A stretch of DNA of 63,039 bases, filler included. It is 16 parts of 16 records of this genome, joined end to end, with 100 filler letters (N's around TTAATTAATTAA, not from the genome) between each part and the next. Parts side by side here need not be neighbours in the genome. Positions count along the whole stretch, not along the records: positions 12,456 to 15,063 come from SRR9188676_851; positions 15,164 to 17,639 come from SRR9188676_858; positions 17,740 to 20,490 come from SRR9188676_859; positions 20,591 to 24,070 come from SRR9188676_860; positions 24,171 to 27,221 come from SRR9188676_866; 11 more parts are not named here. One strand, 5' to 3'. This document shows positions 12,567 through 24,372 of this stretch, piece after piece; position 1 is the first letter of the stretch; every line of letters begins with the position of its first letter. The notes beneath the pieces are model-generated. The model was not told the origin of the DNA. It made no database searches and saw only the letters and a program-made list of their open reading frames with translations. A program made the position numbers and the translations under genes.

Positions 12567-15011
12567 TTATTTGTCAGTACAGTTGTGGCACAACCAGGCG
12601 ATATCAAGGTCCAGCTCTTCTTTGAAATCAAGACAATCGACATGATACCAGCATTTGCACTTGTCGCATTCCATCCATTGCACTATTCCATCTTCATCAT
12701 CATGGAGTGGCGGGTCCGCTTTCTTACACAGTGAGCAGATGTCGTTATTTCGCTTTTGCTTCTTGCTTCTCTTTTCTTCGAGTTCTTTCTCTCTTTGCTT
12801 CCGTTTCCGCTCTTTTTCTGCTCGCTTTTCTTCCTCCTTGGCTGCTTTTTCAAGTCGCTTTTCTTCCCTTTCCTTCTCCTTCGCTGCCTTTTCCGCCTCT
12901 TTCGCTGCTTTCTCCTCCTCCTTCTGCTTCTTCTTCTCTTGTCTTTCTTGTTCTTTGATCGCGATTCTCATCGCTTCTTTCCTGGCCTCTTTTGCTCTCT
13001 CCTTTTCGAGCTTCTCTGCTTCTTTTTGCTTTATCTGGTTTAAGAAATCATCAGCTGTGAGAATTCTCGTTGTGGTGACTGTGTTTTTGACCGTTTTCTT
13101 CTTCTTCGACACCTTCAGCACGGACAGCTGACTTCCAAATTGTTCGTAAAATCGGTTCGAAGTCGAAGTGGAAGCGGAAGTGGTTGTGGTGCTGGTGCTG
13201 GTATTGGTAGTGGTGGTGCTCGTCGTGATGGTCGTGGCAGTTGTACTGGTGCTGGGGATGCTATCTGCACTATCATGCACAACGTCGTCAGGGGTCGTGG
13301 AAGTGCTGGGACTGGCAGTAGTGGTGGTATTGACGTCATTATTCGGGATGGTTGTGGTAGTGGTTGAAGTGGTGGGAGTGGCGTCGTGTTTTTGAGTGGT
13401 AGCGGGAGTGGTGGGAGTGGCATCGCTGATAGATGAAGTAGTGGTAGTGGTTGTATTGGCGTCATTGATAGATGTGGACGTGGTGGAAGTGGTGGAAGTA
13501 GTGGAAGAAGGGGAGGCAGTGGTGTTAGTGTTGGATGAGCATTCAGGGACGACCTCTGGTGGTAATGGTCCCTGATCTTCTGGTGACTCTGATCTCGATA
13601 CAGAAGAGGTACCACCTGGCTCATCTGAGTTCGTACGAGCCGCACCAGTTGGTCCAGATACAACTTCTTCCACCTGCACACATTTAGTGAGTGTGTTCAT
13701 TCTGTAATAACTCCGATTTTATTGAGAAACGCACTTGGGAGATCTGAGTGCTGGGTTTAACTTTCTCTCTATTGAAAGGCACGATTCCTGCTCGGACAAA
13801 CCCGGCCTGTAGCCAGAATGTTTGCGTGTGTGAGAGAGAGTCCATAAAATGAAGCATTCGGAACAGAAAGAAGAAATGAGACACAGAGACTTCACATACT
13901 TTCATGTTTGCGGAGGTCATAGCACTGTTCCATGCATGGCCAAGAACCTCACAGAAGTTGCTCTTGCTGATAATTCTTGGGAGAAGCTTGAGAACCTCGT
14001 CTTGGTAGCTGGTTTTTAGAATCCCAAACGGACAAACATCGAGGGGAGAGAAAGCATTTGTGGTATGTGGTGACATAGGAGATGGACATGATTCGCACGC
14101 GCGCTCGTAATCAAGGAGGTGGTTAGATGGGTGCTATGTCCATCCATGATGAGAAGAACCCCCTGTTCTGCAGTTGCTTTTGGAATGCGTGCGAGGAAGA
14201 CAGTATCAAACCATTGCATGAATATTTCACTGTCCATCCAGCCATTTTCCTGGAACCCGAATTGTGATCCTTCGGGAGCACCTTGGGTCAGGTGTGCACG
14301 ATTCCCAGGCCGTTTCCCATCGAAGATGATCAGGGGTGGTAGTACTTGCCCCTCACCATTCCCACAAGCCAATACTGTCACAGACTTTTTCGAGCCACTA
14401 GACATAATGCGTGGAACACCAGTGGTAACGGAACATGCGATCTCGCTGGGGTTGCTGAGGTCGAGTTGGAACCCTGTCTCATCGCAAGTGTAGACTCGAA
14501 ATGGTTTATCAAGAAGATGCAAGGACGAGAGAGTAGTATGAAGAAGGTCAAAGAATTCATTAACGCAAGCTGGAGTGAGAGCGTTGGCACGTCGATAGCT
14601 GATTGGGCGAGGTTTCTTCATCCTGATCTGGTGACGGTGTCTCTTGAGGAATCCTTCAAGCCAATCACGCGAAGGAAAACCATTCTTGGTGTTAAATGAT
14701 CTTTCGTTCTTGGGATGTGTCTGAATATAGTCGTATGCCAGGCCACGGATCGCATATCGCGGACGTCCGAGACCACGATCACTCAACCATGCTAGAAATT
14801 CAGCGAGCTCATTCTCCTCACCAGGAGTCAAAATAGTAGGTCGCCCGACTGGGCCGAGATGTTTTCCATCCTTTTTATCACAGAGCGTTGACAAAGGAAC
14901 CTTGTACTCCTTAGATGCGCGATATGCCGTCATGGCAGAGGAAGAAACCGCTTCCTGCGCAGCGTTCATTTGTGCAGGTGTGTACAGCTTGTATTTAGAT
15001 CTCTTGCCCAT
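12567..15011 (-). mobile_element. pogo-family (HTH_psq + CENP-B HTH + DDE_1) transposase with C-terminal PHD finger; frameshifted copy
   Basis: YKVPLSTL, GRPTILTPGEE, SRDWLEGFLKRH, CDETGF, LIMDGHSTH, PLDVCPFGILK. Frameshift near 14070. Introns 13807-13899 and 13674-13734. C-terminal CSLC...WMECDKCKCWYHVDC...WLCHNC. TIRs are not visible because the contig ends. Confidence 0.92.
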
Positions 15012-15989
15012 CAGGTTTGGTGAGAAACTAGGCTGAAATGAGCCCAGGAAATGCAAAAGAAGCNNNNNNNNNNNNNNNNNNNNNNNNNNNNNNNNNNNNN
15101 NNNNNNNTTAATTAATTAANNNNNNNNNNNNNNNNNNNNNNNNNNNNNNNNNNNNNNNNNNNNCCTTACAGTCATTGTAAAGTACTATTGCAAAATCGAA
15201 ATCCATCTTTTTGTCCATAATAAAAATGTCTCGCAAATAGAGCTGAATATAGCAACGACAACGAAAGCATAGTCTTGGAAGTCTTTAACTTATTATTCGG
15301 AAATCAATTATTTATTATAGTGTACACCTATCCAGGAAAGTAGGAAAAACAGCAAAAAATGGAATGAAACAAACTGCAAATCAAGGACAAAAAACGAAAA
15401 CGGGAAATGAGAATGTGTCCATAAATATTTGGACAAGGATTTCTTTTTCAAAAAAGAAAAAAGAAGAGAAAAAAAACTGAAAAGATCTTTTATATTTGCC
15501 AAATGTTTATGCGTTAAACAGTTACACATATATATATGAAGGAGTTCGTATGAGGCGTAATTAATTATATACAGGTATGTAATACAAACTCAACAAGTAA
15601 CAATACCATAAAAACAAAGAATACCGATATACCAGGGAACAAAACAATGTACAAAATAAATATCAAAGTCTCGTCGATGTCATCTCGGAAGCAACGGATA
15701 TGGAATATGGGTGGCTTCGAAGAAGAGGGGTATATGTTTTTTCCAGATCGAGGTGCTTGAATGAGAGAATCAACGATTTTTCAAATCCGGATCCTATTCC
15801 GCTAAGGTTAGGGTGACTTGTTCTTAGAAATTAGGGTTGTCGCAGATCAGGCTTCTTGAACGATATCGCAGCAGTAGAGACATGCGATAACAATCAGTGC
15901 TTATAGTTTGATCAGAACATCAGGGCTGTAGGGGTGGTAGGGTGGTGGGGGTTCGGGAATCATCAGCGTGTCAATTCTCAGAAATTCGT

Positions 15990-17216
15990 TCAGAGATCAG
16001 GTTTTTTGAATGAGGTAGCCGGAGGAGAGGCATGTGATAACAGCCAGAGCTCATAATGCTGATTAGGTGTGTGCGGTATGGCCTGAGGGGGCAGGAACGG
16101 CCCAGAGGGGCGGTCGATACTAGGGAATCCATAACGAGACCTTGACTGAGATTGAGATTGAGACTCGGAGATGTGAATTTGCATGACCTTGTTGCTGCTG
16201 CTGTTGTCTGAGGAGCGGTCTGGGTATGGGTGTGGATATGAGTCAGAATGTTCCTCAGGGAAGAGCACAGGGCCGAGGAACGGGCAGCAGTATGTGCCCA
16301 CGCGCCGGTTGAAGTACACAAGATGGTCCTCAAGCGATGTAGGGAATCTGAAAATCACACACATTGTTACAAATATAAATGAGCACTTAGATCGCCAGAA
16401 CCGATAACATTAGAGTAATCAGAGGAGAGGGACAAAGACAGTTGTGGAAGGGGCCGGGTGCTGAAAAAAATAAAAAAAATGGTAACTAAGATCAGATGAT
16501 TGAGGGTCGAGCGAGAGAGCATGAAATTTGTACAGTGACTGAAGAGACCTCACAATCGATATCGAGTTCACAAATGAGTGTCAAGTCATGAATGTAGGAC
16601 TCAATTCAGGACTCAAGTTAAAATGATGCAGACTAGTATTATGAAGAATGTCTTGCCGTATCATATAGTGCACAGTGGAGTAAATATTGTAGAGTAATGT
16701 AAACATACATAAGACCTAAGGAGCAGGCAGGGTCCTCTCCCTCTGCAGTGCACATGACCGGGTCCTGGGCGTCCGTCATGTCATTGAAGTACCATGCCTC
16801 CTCGCTAGGGTGGTGAGGGCATGTCTGAGAGTGGTCACACACCGCACCCCAGATGCTAGAGGGAAATACAGAACTCGATAAATCAGTGGAGGTATGAATG
16901 GCGATGAACGAGGACTGATGTAACAAGCAACAAAAATATATGTGCAAATGGAACTGTGAGAAAAGGACGATGTGAATGTGGTTATTCTGTTCATGCAAGT
17001 GATAGGCACCGAACGATCGTCATGCCCGAGTGATCTTATATTGTTCAGATGTCGAATGGGGCGAACGCTATGACACATACATACGCAGTGGGAGATGGAG
17101 AGAGAGGGAGTATTCATGCAAATGTGTGTATGCAGTGATAGTTGACCAGGCCTACCCGAAACAGCACTTAGGCAAGTGAGGCACCATATCACGCGAATGC
17201 ACAATGCGGTAAGCCT
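15990..17216 (-). CDS. Class 3 (fungal-type) triacylglycerol lipase, C-terminal exons 17156-17216, 16709-16855 and 15990-16347
   Basis: YRIVHSRDMVPHLP (catalytic Asp), HHPSEEAWY, C..EGEDPACS and SLEDHLVYF (catalytic His). Exon phases are compatible. Confidence 0.88.
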
Positions 17217-17921
17217 CTGTACACAGAGATTTCAGAGAGAGGGAACAAGAGATGAGCTTCTCTCTTGCAAAAAATGTCTACTTAAATAATGTTGTGTGTA
17301 TATATACTATCGTGCTTTCAATGAAGACCACGGAAAATGATCAATATTTGTCATTTCCATAACGGGCAAAAAGGCACGCGCTTGCTCCAAAAATAATGAT
17401 CCAGGAGAGAACAGCGAAATCGATTCCCTATCTTCTCCCAGGATTACTCATGTTATCCTTTCTCTCTGACGACAATATAACCCGATGGTCTGCTACAGAG
17501 AGCGCGGATTTTGAGAACTGAAATTTTCAATGAAAGTTTGAATGAAAATACAAGAACGGAAACAAAATGGCACAAAGCCTATCATGAATTCCTAAAATCC
17601 TAATTAGTCTACCAGAATCATTGCATAATCCATTGCTAANNNNNNNNNNNNNNNNNNNNNNNNNNNNNNNNNNNNNNNNNNNNTTAATTAATTAANNNNN
17701 NNNNNNNNNNNNNNNNNNNNNNNNNNNNNNNNNNNNNNNTGTTTGGTCCAGTGAAAGTAAAAATCAGAAAGGGGAAGGAATCAGAAAAAAAATCCCCAGT
17801 TTGCAACATGTCTATTTTTAGAAGAAGCTTTTTCTTCCTTGGAGGATATCAATACTTTTTTTTCCAGGGGGTTTCCAGGTTTGATTCAAACTGTGTCAGT
17901 TTCAAAGTCAAACAATATATT

Positions 17922-18042
17922 TTTTCACCTACCCCAGTCATCGGGCTTATTACCATGAGCCAGACCGAGACACCATCCCCGATGGAAAGGCGCCCATGGT
18001 CGGACATCTGGTACTAAGCCCCATGACTGGGGTAGGTGAAAA
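17922..18042. mobile_element. Mini-MITE / fold-back element (121 bp)
   Basis: 34-nt terminal inverted repeat TTTTCACCTACCCCAGTCAT(C/G)GGGCTTA(T/G)TACCA with 2 mismatches. Confidence 0.75.
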
Positions 18043-18497
18043 GTTGCCTTTGAAATATTCTTATTCTTATTTTAGTTTGGTGTTCTGTTTTAATTTATCC
18101 GTTCAGGTTTAGCATAGCCTCGACTCGCCTATTCAAGCTTGAGTCTCCATATCAATCGGCTTCTTGTTACATCTGAAGTTCGGAAGCTTGTGATGTCTGT
18201 TCACCGAGTTCAATTGGAGGTTTCATGTGATGTTCTGACGATGTGTGACACGAATATATAGTAAAGCCACAAATAGATTCGATATTATTGGTAAGATGGT
18301 ATGCCATATTATCATCAAATATGGCTATCGGGGGATACGGCCCAAATACAAAGCACACAGAAAAAATCACAGACTTATGCAAGGAGTGAATGAAATTTCC
18401 AACATCATATCGAGTCGGTACGAGTGCAAAGGTTCTGCTGTCAGATGGGGAAACACAAGAATCGGATGGTGAAGTGCTCAGGAAATCGGTCACATAC

Positions 18498-19482
18498 CTC
18501 GAGGCTTATTGATTTCATAATGCAAGTGCTTGGTGAAGTTTCCAATATCATATCGAATCGGTGCGGTTGCACGGGTCTTGATGTCAAAGATCAGGGGTCG
18601 TCCATTCCATGACGAACCATCCAGCTGAGACCGGAACAGGATCCCACCATGTTCAGAGAAGTGGTACACGTCCTGTGGCGTGATGGGTTCTGGGTTATTC
18701 TTCTTCAGCAACATTTTGCAGAACTGGTCATGAGTAGTGGTCATCTGGGTTTCGAGAATGCGCCCGAGTTGTGACAAAATGTAGTTCTGTTTGGGCCAGG
18801 GGGGCCTATACGCATCTACTGAATAATAACCTTTCATACCAGTTCGAGGGCGTAGCATTACCACAGCAGGTTTGACAGCAGATGGACTGAAAAGATTTGG
18901 TTGATTTTGAAAATCGGCACTAAAGGCGCTCATGTTAATGGGTCGGAATCGTGAGATAAGGTAGTAAATTTGCGAGAGAAGCGATGTAGAGGACGAAGAA
19001 GATGCAGAAAAAGGCCTTTGTCGCTTCTCCTGCAGATTTGCGAGAGTTGAATCTCGCGATGAGGTAGTAAATCCAGGGAGTTTGTCCAGAGCAATTTCGT
19101 CCAGGTTAAAAATTCGTTTCAAAGTGATAGGAAAATTGTAGTGAGTGGAATCTTGAACCCAGCGGGTTCCATTCCTAATAAAAGGATGCATGGGGTAGAT
19201 TCCCGCCTGACCACCAATCACGCTGTCAAGACCGTGCTCGAGGCGAGGCACCTTGCTTCGATTGTTTTGTCCCACGCGGATTGAATCTGTCTTGAGGGAT
19301 ATGGGGGTGTATTCTGTGGCATCTTTGCGCAAACTCGAGCGGATGTTGATGCCGCCGGAGAGCTTGCCATTAGGGTATGGTGCCATAGGGCAGTCCTCGA
19401 TACGCTGCAGATATCGGAAAGATTTGAGCCCATCTTCATGGGATTTGCGTGGCTTGAAATGAAAATGCCGAAGGAATCGCAT
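18498..19482 (-). CDS. PET127: Pet127 mitochondrial 5'-3' exoribonuclease, first exon (3'-partial)
   Basis: VPRLEHGLD, YNF, TSSRD, SSSTSLLSQIYYLIS.FRP, LSQLGRILE, FRSQLD, FDIKTRA..IRYD. Basic presequence-like N-terminus. Donor G|GTATGT at 18497. Confidence 0.88.
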
Positions 19483-20238
19483 TCCTATCGAAGGAAGATT
19501 TCGACTAAACTTACTCCGGATTTGTATTTGTTTTTTTTTTGTTGCTTTTCCTCTATGTTATCTACCTGATACAAATTTTCTTTTCTTGAGAATCTGTTTT
19601 ATATTCAACTGGGCTGGTCATTTCAAGATCATCTGATCCCTGTTGGTTCCTATTTTCTCTTTGTTTGGCTCGATGTATCAAAATGAAGTTGCTCCGATTT
19701 TTCCAGTGATGTCTCGTTCTTCGAACCATGTATTCAGCTTGTGTAGTGCTCAATCATGACGAATCTGAATCCAATCAATCCAATGATTCAGATTCCGAAC
19801 GAAAGAGGAATTACTGGATGATGATGACAGTGTGATGATTTTGAGAATAATAATGTTATTCTCGTCCATAAGCGTTGCTTTCAGTCACTCGGTACCCTCT
19901 TGAAGCGAACAAATCAGGATCGACAGGTATTAAGTGAAATAATATGGGATAAGCAGATGAGGAGGTATTTATTGAGCGATGGAGAATCAGAATCGTGGAA
20001 TCGTAAATTGTAGTAGGAAGTTCGTAAACAGCGCGCCAAACACGGACCCATGAGTAAGACCACTAGTCAGGAAAAAATCAGACAAATCTCAATCAGCATT
20101 CTTGGATCTGAGCTTCAGTTTGTCTCTTTGTCTGAGTACATTCTTTGGGAGAAATCAATCAAGTAATCAACTATAATCAACAATGTATACATTGGTATAC
20201 ATCGCCATTCAGATTCAGGGAAACAAGGAGCGAGATCA

Positions 20239-20418
20239 CTAGATCCAAGAGGGCTTCCTGCGCTCGAGGAAAGCAGACAAGCCCTCCACACCCTCCTTGG
20301 ACCCACGCTGTACAGCCAACCTGCGGGCTGTGTCATGGATGAGGTCAGAGGTGATTGACTTGCCAGCCACAGCACTGATCAGGTCCTTGGTAGCGCGCAC
20401 CGCACTCGGCCCGGCAAT
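20239..20418 (-). CDS. Last exon of an enoyl-CoA hydratase/crotonase (methylglutaconyl-CoA hydratase-like)
   Basis: GPSAVRATKDLI...R.SKEGVEGLSAFLERRKPSW is the typical crotonase C-terminus. Confidence 0.85.
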   Translation of the reverse strand: MAGPSAVRATKDLISAVAGKSITSDLIHDTARRLAVQRGSKEGVEGLSAFLERRKPSWI

Positions 20419-20650
20419 CTGATTGAGATGAGAACAAATAAGCCCAGAATGGTGCATAATAAATAAATCAGCATAATTTGCAGAATCTATNNNNNNNNNN
20501 NNNNNNNNNNNNNNNNNNNNNNNNNNNNNNNNNNTTAATTAATTAANNNNNNNNNNNNNNNNNNNNNNNNNNNNNNNNNNNNNNNNNNNNGTGTTTGCCA
20601 TCCCCGTTCGGGAAGAAAAATATAAATATCATACGCTCGAGAGAACATAC

Positions 20651-22418
20651 CATCGATTTTCCTGAGCTTCTCAAGGCAGTTTTTCGTAGCATCCTTGTCA
20701 AAGAAGTGCACGAAAGCGAACGAACGCACGCGCCTGAGCGTTTTGACAGTCCCAAACTCGCCGCACGCCGCGCGAATTTTTTCGTCGGTAACCTCAGCTG
20801 GGATGTTGCGGATGTGAACAGCTCGAATCTGAAAGGACACATGCATAATTGAGTATTCAATCACACAAATGTCATCGGCATCCGAGAGTGAAAGAAAGAG
20901 AATGGAAGTGTGGCTTTGTGAAATGTAAGGATTAGAAATGTGACGTGTGAGTCACTGCTATATTTGGTTGTGTACTTGACGCATTAATGATGTCACTTAA
21001 TAGTGCAAACACGTATGATGTAACATGAGAAGTGCAAAATGTAATTAAATACCAACCTTCTCGATATTTGCAGCATCAGCAACAATCATGGGTTCTGCCC
21101 ACATAGCCTGGGGCTTCAGGCCCTTATACTCCAGATAGGGAACAGAGAGCCTCTTGAGGGCTTTTTCTGCATCCACTCGCGACTCATATTCCGCAAAGAT
21201 AAAGCCGCGGTGCTTTTCAGGATTTTGATGGTGCTGTGGAATGAAAAAGAAGAAGGAGGAGGAAGGTAGGTGAAGATGAGTTCAGATCAAATGACATCGG
21301 AAGAGGGGTTGGTCATTGCAGAATTCAATGGTTGGTATGAGGAATCGAAAAACAGAAAAGTGTCAGGAGAAGAGGCCTGGTTAATCAAGTTATGAGACAA
21401 ATTGAACTCTCATGGAGGAGGAAAACGTGGCGATGTTCGAAAAATCGAGGAAGGAAGGGTGAATTTGAAGAAACCCAGAGAAAATCCGAATGGGAAAACG
21501 GAAAGAGAAAGAAGGTCTCCTGAGACCCACAAGGAAAATGGATCCGCTCATTTTCTGCCCTCGTAGATACTTCGATTCGCAAAATCAGTCTCGCGAGCCG
21601 AAAAGTGAATTGCAATGGAACAGGTTCATCGACATGATGAAAATTTGATTGAGAGCGCAGATGAGAAAGACAGACCTTGAAAAACTCGATTGTGCTGACA
21701 CCGCGGGAAAGGCTGCGGAGCCATGTCAGCAATTCGTCCTTGGTTGTGTACTTTGGTACATTTCCAATGAAAATCTTCCGGTTTGCATCGGACATACGCG
21801 CTTCCATCTTGGAGTTCTGAGAAAGATCAAATATCACAGAAAGAGGGAAAGATTCAGTCATTGATGAGCATCTCAAAATGGTCTAAAAATCGTTGCATAT
21901 CATATAAGGAATCACTCGGTGAGAGCGGAGCGAACCAAGGGCCATTAATGAAAAACATACACCAAGTTCGAAGCCATTGAGCTCTTCGGCTGCCTTCATC
22001 GCGGCATCATGAGTTTCATACACTACGAAGGCAAAGCCACGAATGTTTCCGTTGGAGTCCTTGAAAAGTTTCAGCTGCGGAGAGAAAAATGAGGCACGGA
22101 GGATTGGCATCAGACACATTCGAGCACATTGGGATGAAAGAGACGTTTGTGCACATAGTTCATGAGAAGGTATATGTGTTCGTGATCTGGACAGTGGATG
22201 AACATTCTAGCACTTACATTGCGCACACGACCGTATTTTTCGAGCACATCTTTGAACTTCGACTCCGGAACATCTCGAGGGATTCTCGAAATGTATACTT
22301 CGCAGTTTGATTCGACATTACCAAGACCTCTGATCGTATTCTTAGAGGTTGGTTGTTTCATATGCGACGCTCGCTGCCTTTCTCGGTCTTTCATTTTTTT
22401 TGTTTGTGATGTTGACAT
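20651..22418 (-). CDS. Three-RRM RNA-binding protein, hnRNP R/Q / A1CF / RBM47-like (3'-partial)
   Basis: CEVYISRIPRD, RGFAFVVY, NRKIFIGNVPK, HRGFIFAEY, WAEP, IRAVHIRNI, RVRSFAFVHF spread over 5 exons. Confidence 0.88.
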
Positions 22419-22739
22419 GAATGCACAAAATCTACACCCCCTAAGATCTCTAAGATCCAAATCTAAATCTCAGCTTTTGAAAGAAACAGAACGGGGAAAT
22501 TGACCTTCACTGTACCTGTAGTAACAGAAAGTTGCATTTGCTGTGCCGAAGCGTAATACGGAAGCCAGTCCAAACGCGCTGGCTATGGAGTGAAATGTGA
22601 ATGAATTGAATGGAGAAAAACTTCTAGAAGTTCTGTGATCTCACGTGAATTTCTGTCACATGACCAGGGGACCGCAGGAGGCGCGCAGACAGAAAGAGCG
22701 ACAGGCGACAGTCCTAAAAGATCGTCATCTCCGATTACT

Positions 22740-23127
22740 ATGACGGCCTCTGATCCTGAGATGGGGAGTCAACCCGATGGTCCTTCCAAGTTCTTGTTCT
22801 CGTGCGTCATGACCACCATTCTTGCGAATCTAGCCTTCGGATACAACACTGCCATCATCGCCGGTGCCATTCTGGATTTGGAAGATGATTTTGATTTGAC
22901 ATCTCTTGAGAAGGGTATGCTGGTATCATCTATTCTCCTGGGCGCCATGTTTGGTGCGTTTTCTTCCAGCCGTTTTGCTGAAAAATATGGGCGAAGGAAG
23001 TGCATCTTGTACAGCAATGCTTTCTATATCAGTGGTGTTGTGGGCATGACAGCTGGGCCGTCATATTGGATCATATTGGTGTGCCGCTTCATCGTGGGTC
23101 TTGGAGTGGGATTCACATCCACACTAG
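22740..23127 (+). CDS. MFS sugar porter family transporter, first exon
   Basis: FGYNTAIIAGA, LVSSILLGAMFG, EKYGRRK, RFIVGLGVG; donor at 23128. Confidence 0.92.
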
Positions 23128-24372
23128 GTAATTTTCCCCTTACTTCGGGTCTCTGTTCGACAAGGAAAACCATTTTTTCACCACTTCCTCCCCGCCCCAT
23201 CCACTTCTTTTTTCCCTACCTCTTCCGTTATTGCTTCCTGCGTTTCCTCTCCCGCAAGTATTCTGGATCTCCATCCCAGGACAGATACTAATATCTCAGT
23301 CAGTATCATCGTCGCTTTGGTTTCACCATGATTTGGCACCCATCCTGTTTTTTTCTTGTGACTGTTGTGCCTGATTTTCTTCCAGTTCTTTTCCTTCCGA
23401 GTCGCTCACAGGTATCTTTTCAGATTCCCTGGATGTTTGACGAGGTAGGAGGAAAAGATTGGCCCTCATCTATCTGCTGGTTAGTTTTGCAGGCTTGCGT
23501 AAACAAAACTTCATTTCTCAGGAAATCACTCTTGTTAACATCACTTTAGAACTTGAACACTCTATTCTCCGTTGCCGCTATCCGACTTCCATTTCGTTTT
23601 CGTCTGATCCACACTCGCACTCTTGCCCACTGTTGAAAACTGTATGATTTTTTTTTATTGTTTTCCACATGATTTATCCCTTCTCTGTAATGAGGGTGTG
23701 GATCAGGCTGTAAGCTTTCAAAATGGTCGATGAAGTCGAATAGTGGTGGCAGAGAATAAAGTGTTCAAGATAACGCGACTAGAAATAAATCTTTCTTAGA
23801 ATGACTGTAAGATGTCTCTGAATTCACAGTTCATCTTTCTTTTAGCTGTATTTTGACTCTTGACACGTCAGGCAAGAGTGAAAATAAAGAAAACAGCAAA
23901 AGCAATGATTCTGGTAATTCTGTGCGAATGTTATTTATTCACAACAAAGAGGATGGTATGTGTAGAGGCGATTTCTCATGCATGGTTCTGACTCATTCAA
24001 CGTGCAATGAACATCTGGGATAAGGGATGTAGCTTAATATGATTGATTAATATTCTCAGTCCATGAATATNNNNNNNNNNNNNNNNNNNNNNNNNNNNNN
24101 NNNNNNNNNNNNNNTTAATTAATTAANNNNNNNNNNNNNNNNNNNNNNNNNNNNNNNNNNNNNNNNNNNNAGCCACCTTCTTTTCATTTCACGCTCGAAT
24201 TAATTCTATTGGATATTCTACCTATTATGGGCTAAACTATTTATTCTATCCTCGAGAAATGTGTTAACTGAGATTTATACGTTTTCCCACCTCAATGTTG
24301 CTGCTTTACGTCTCTAATTCCTTCGACTTGTTCTGATCAATCGATAATTTCTCGTGTTACTTCTGACCGCAG

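Noticed and set aside
15831-15992. Genome-wide TGA reassignment
   Set aside because: TGA ends the MBL hydrolase at its expected C-terminus, and no in-frame TGA was seen in conserved domains, where Trp is TGG.
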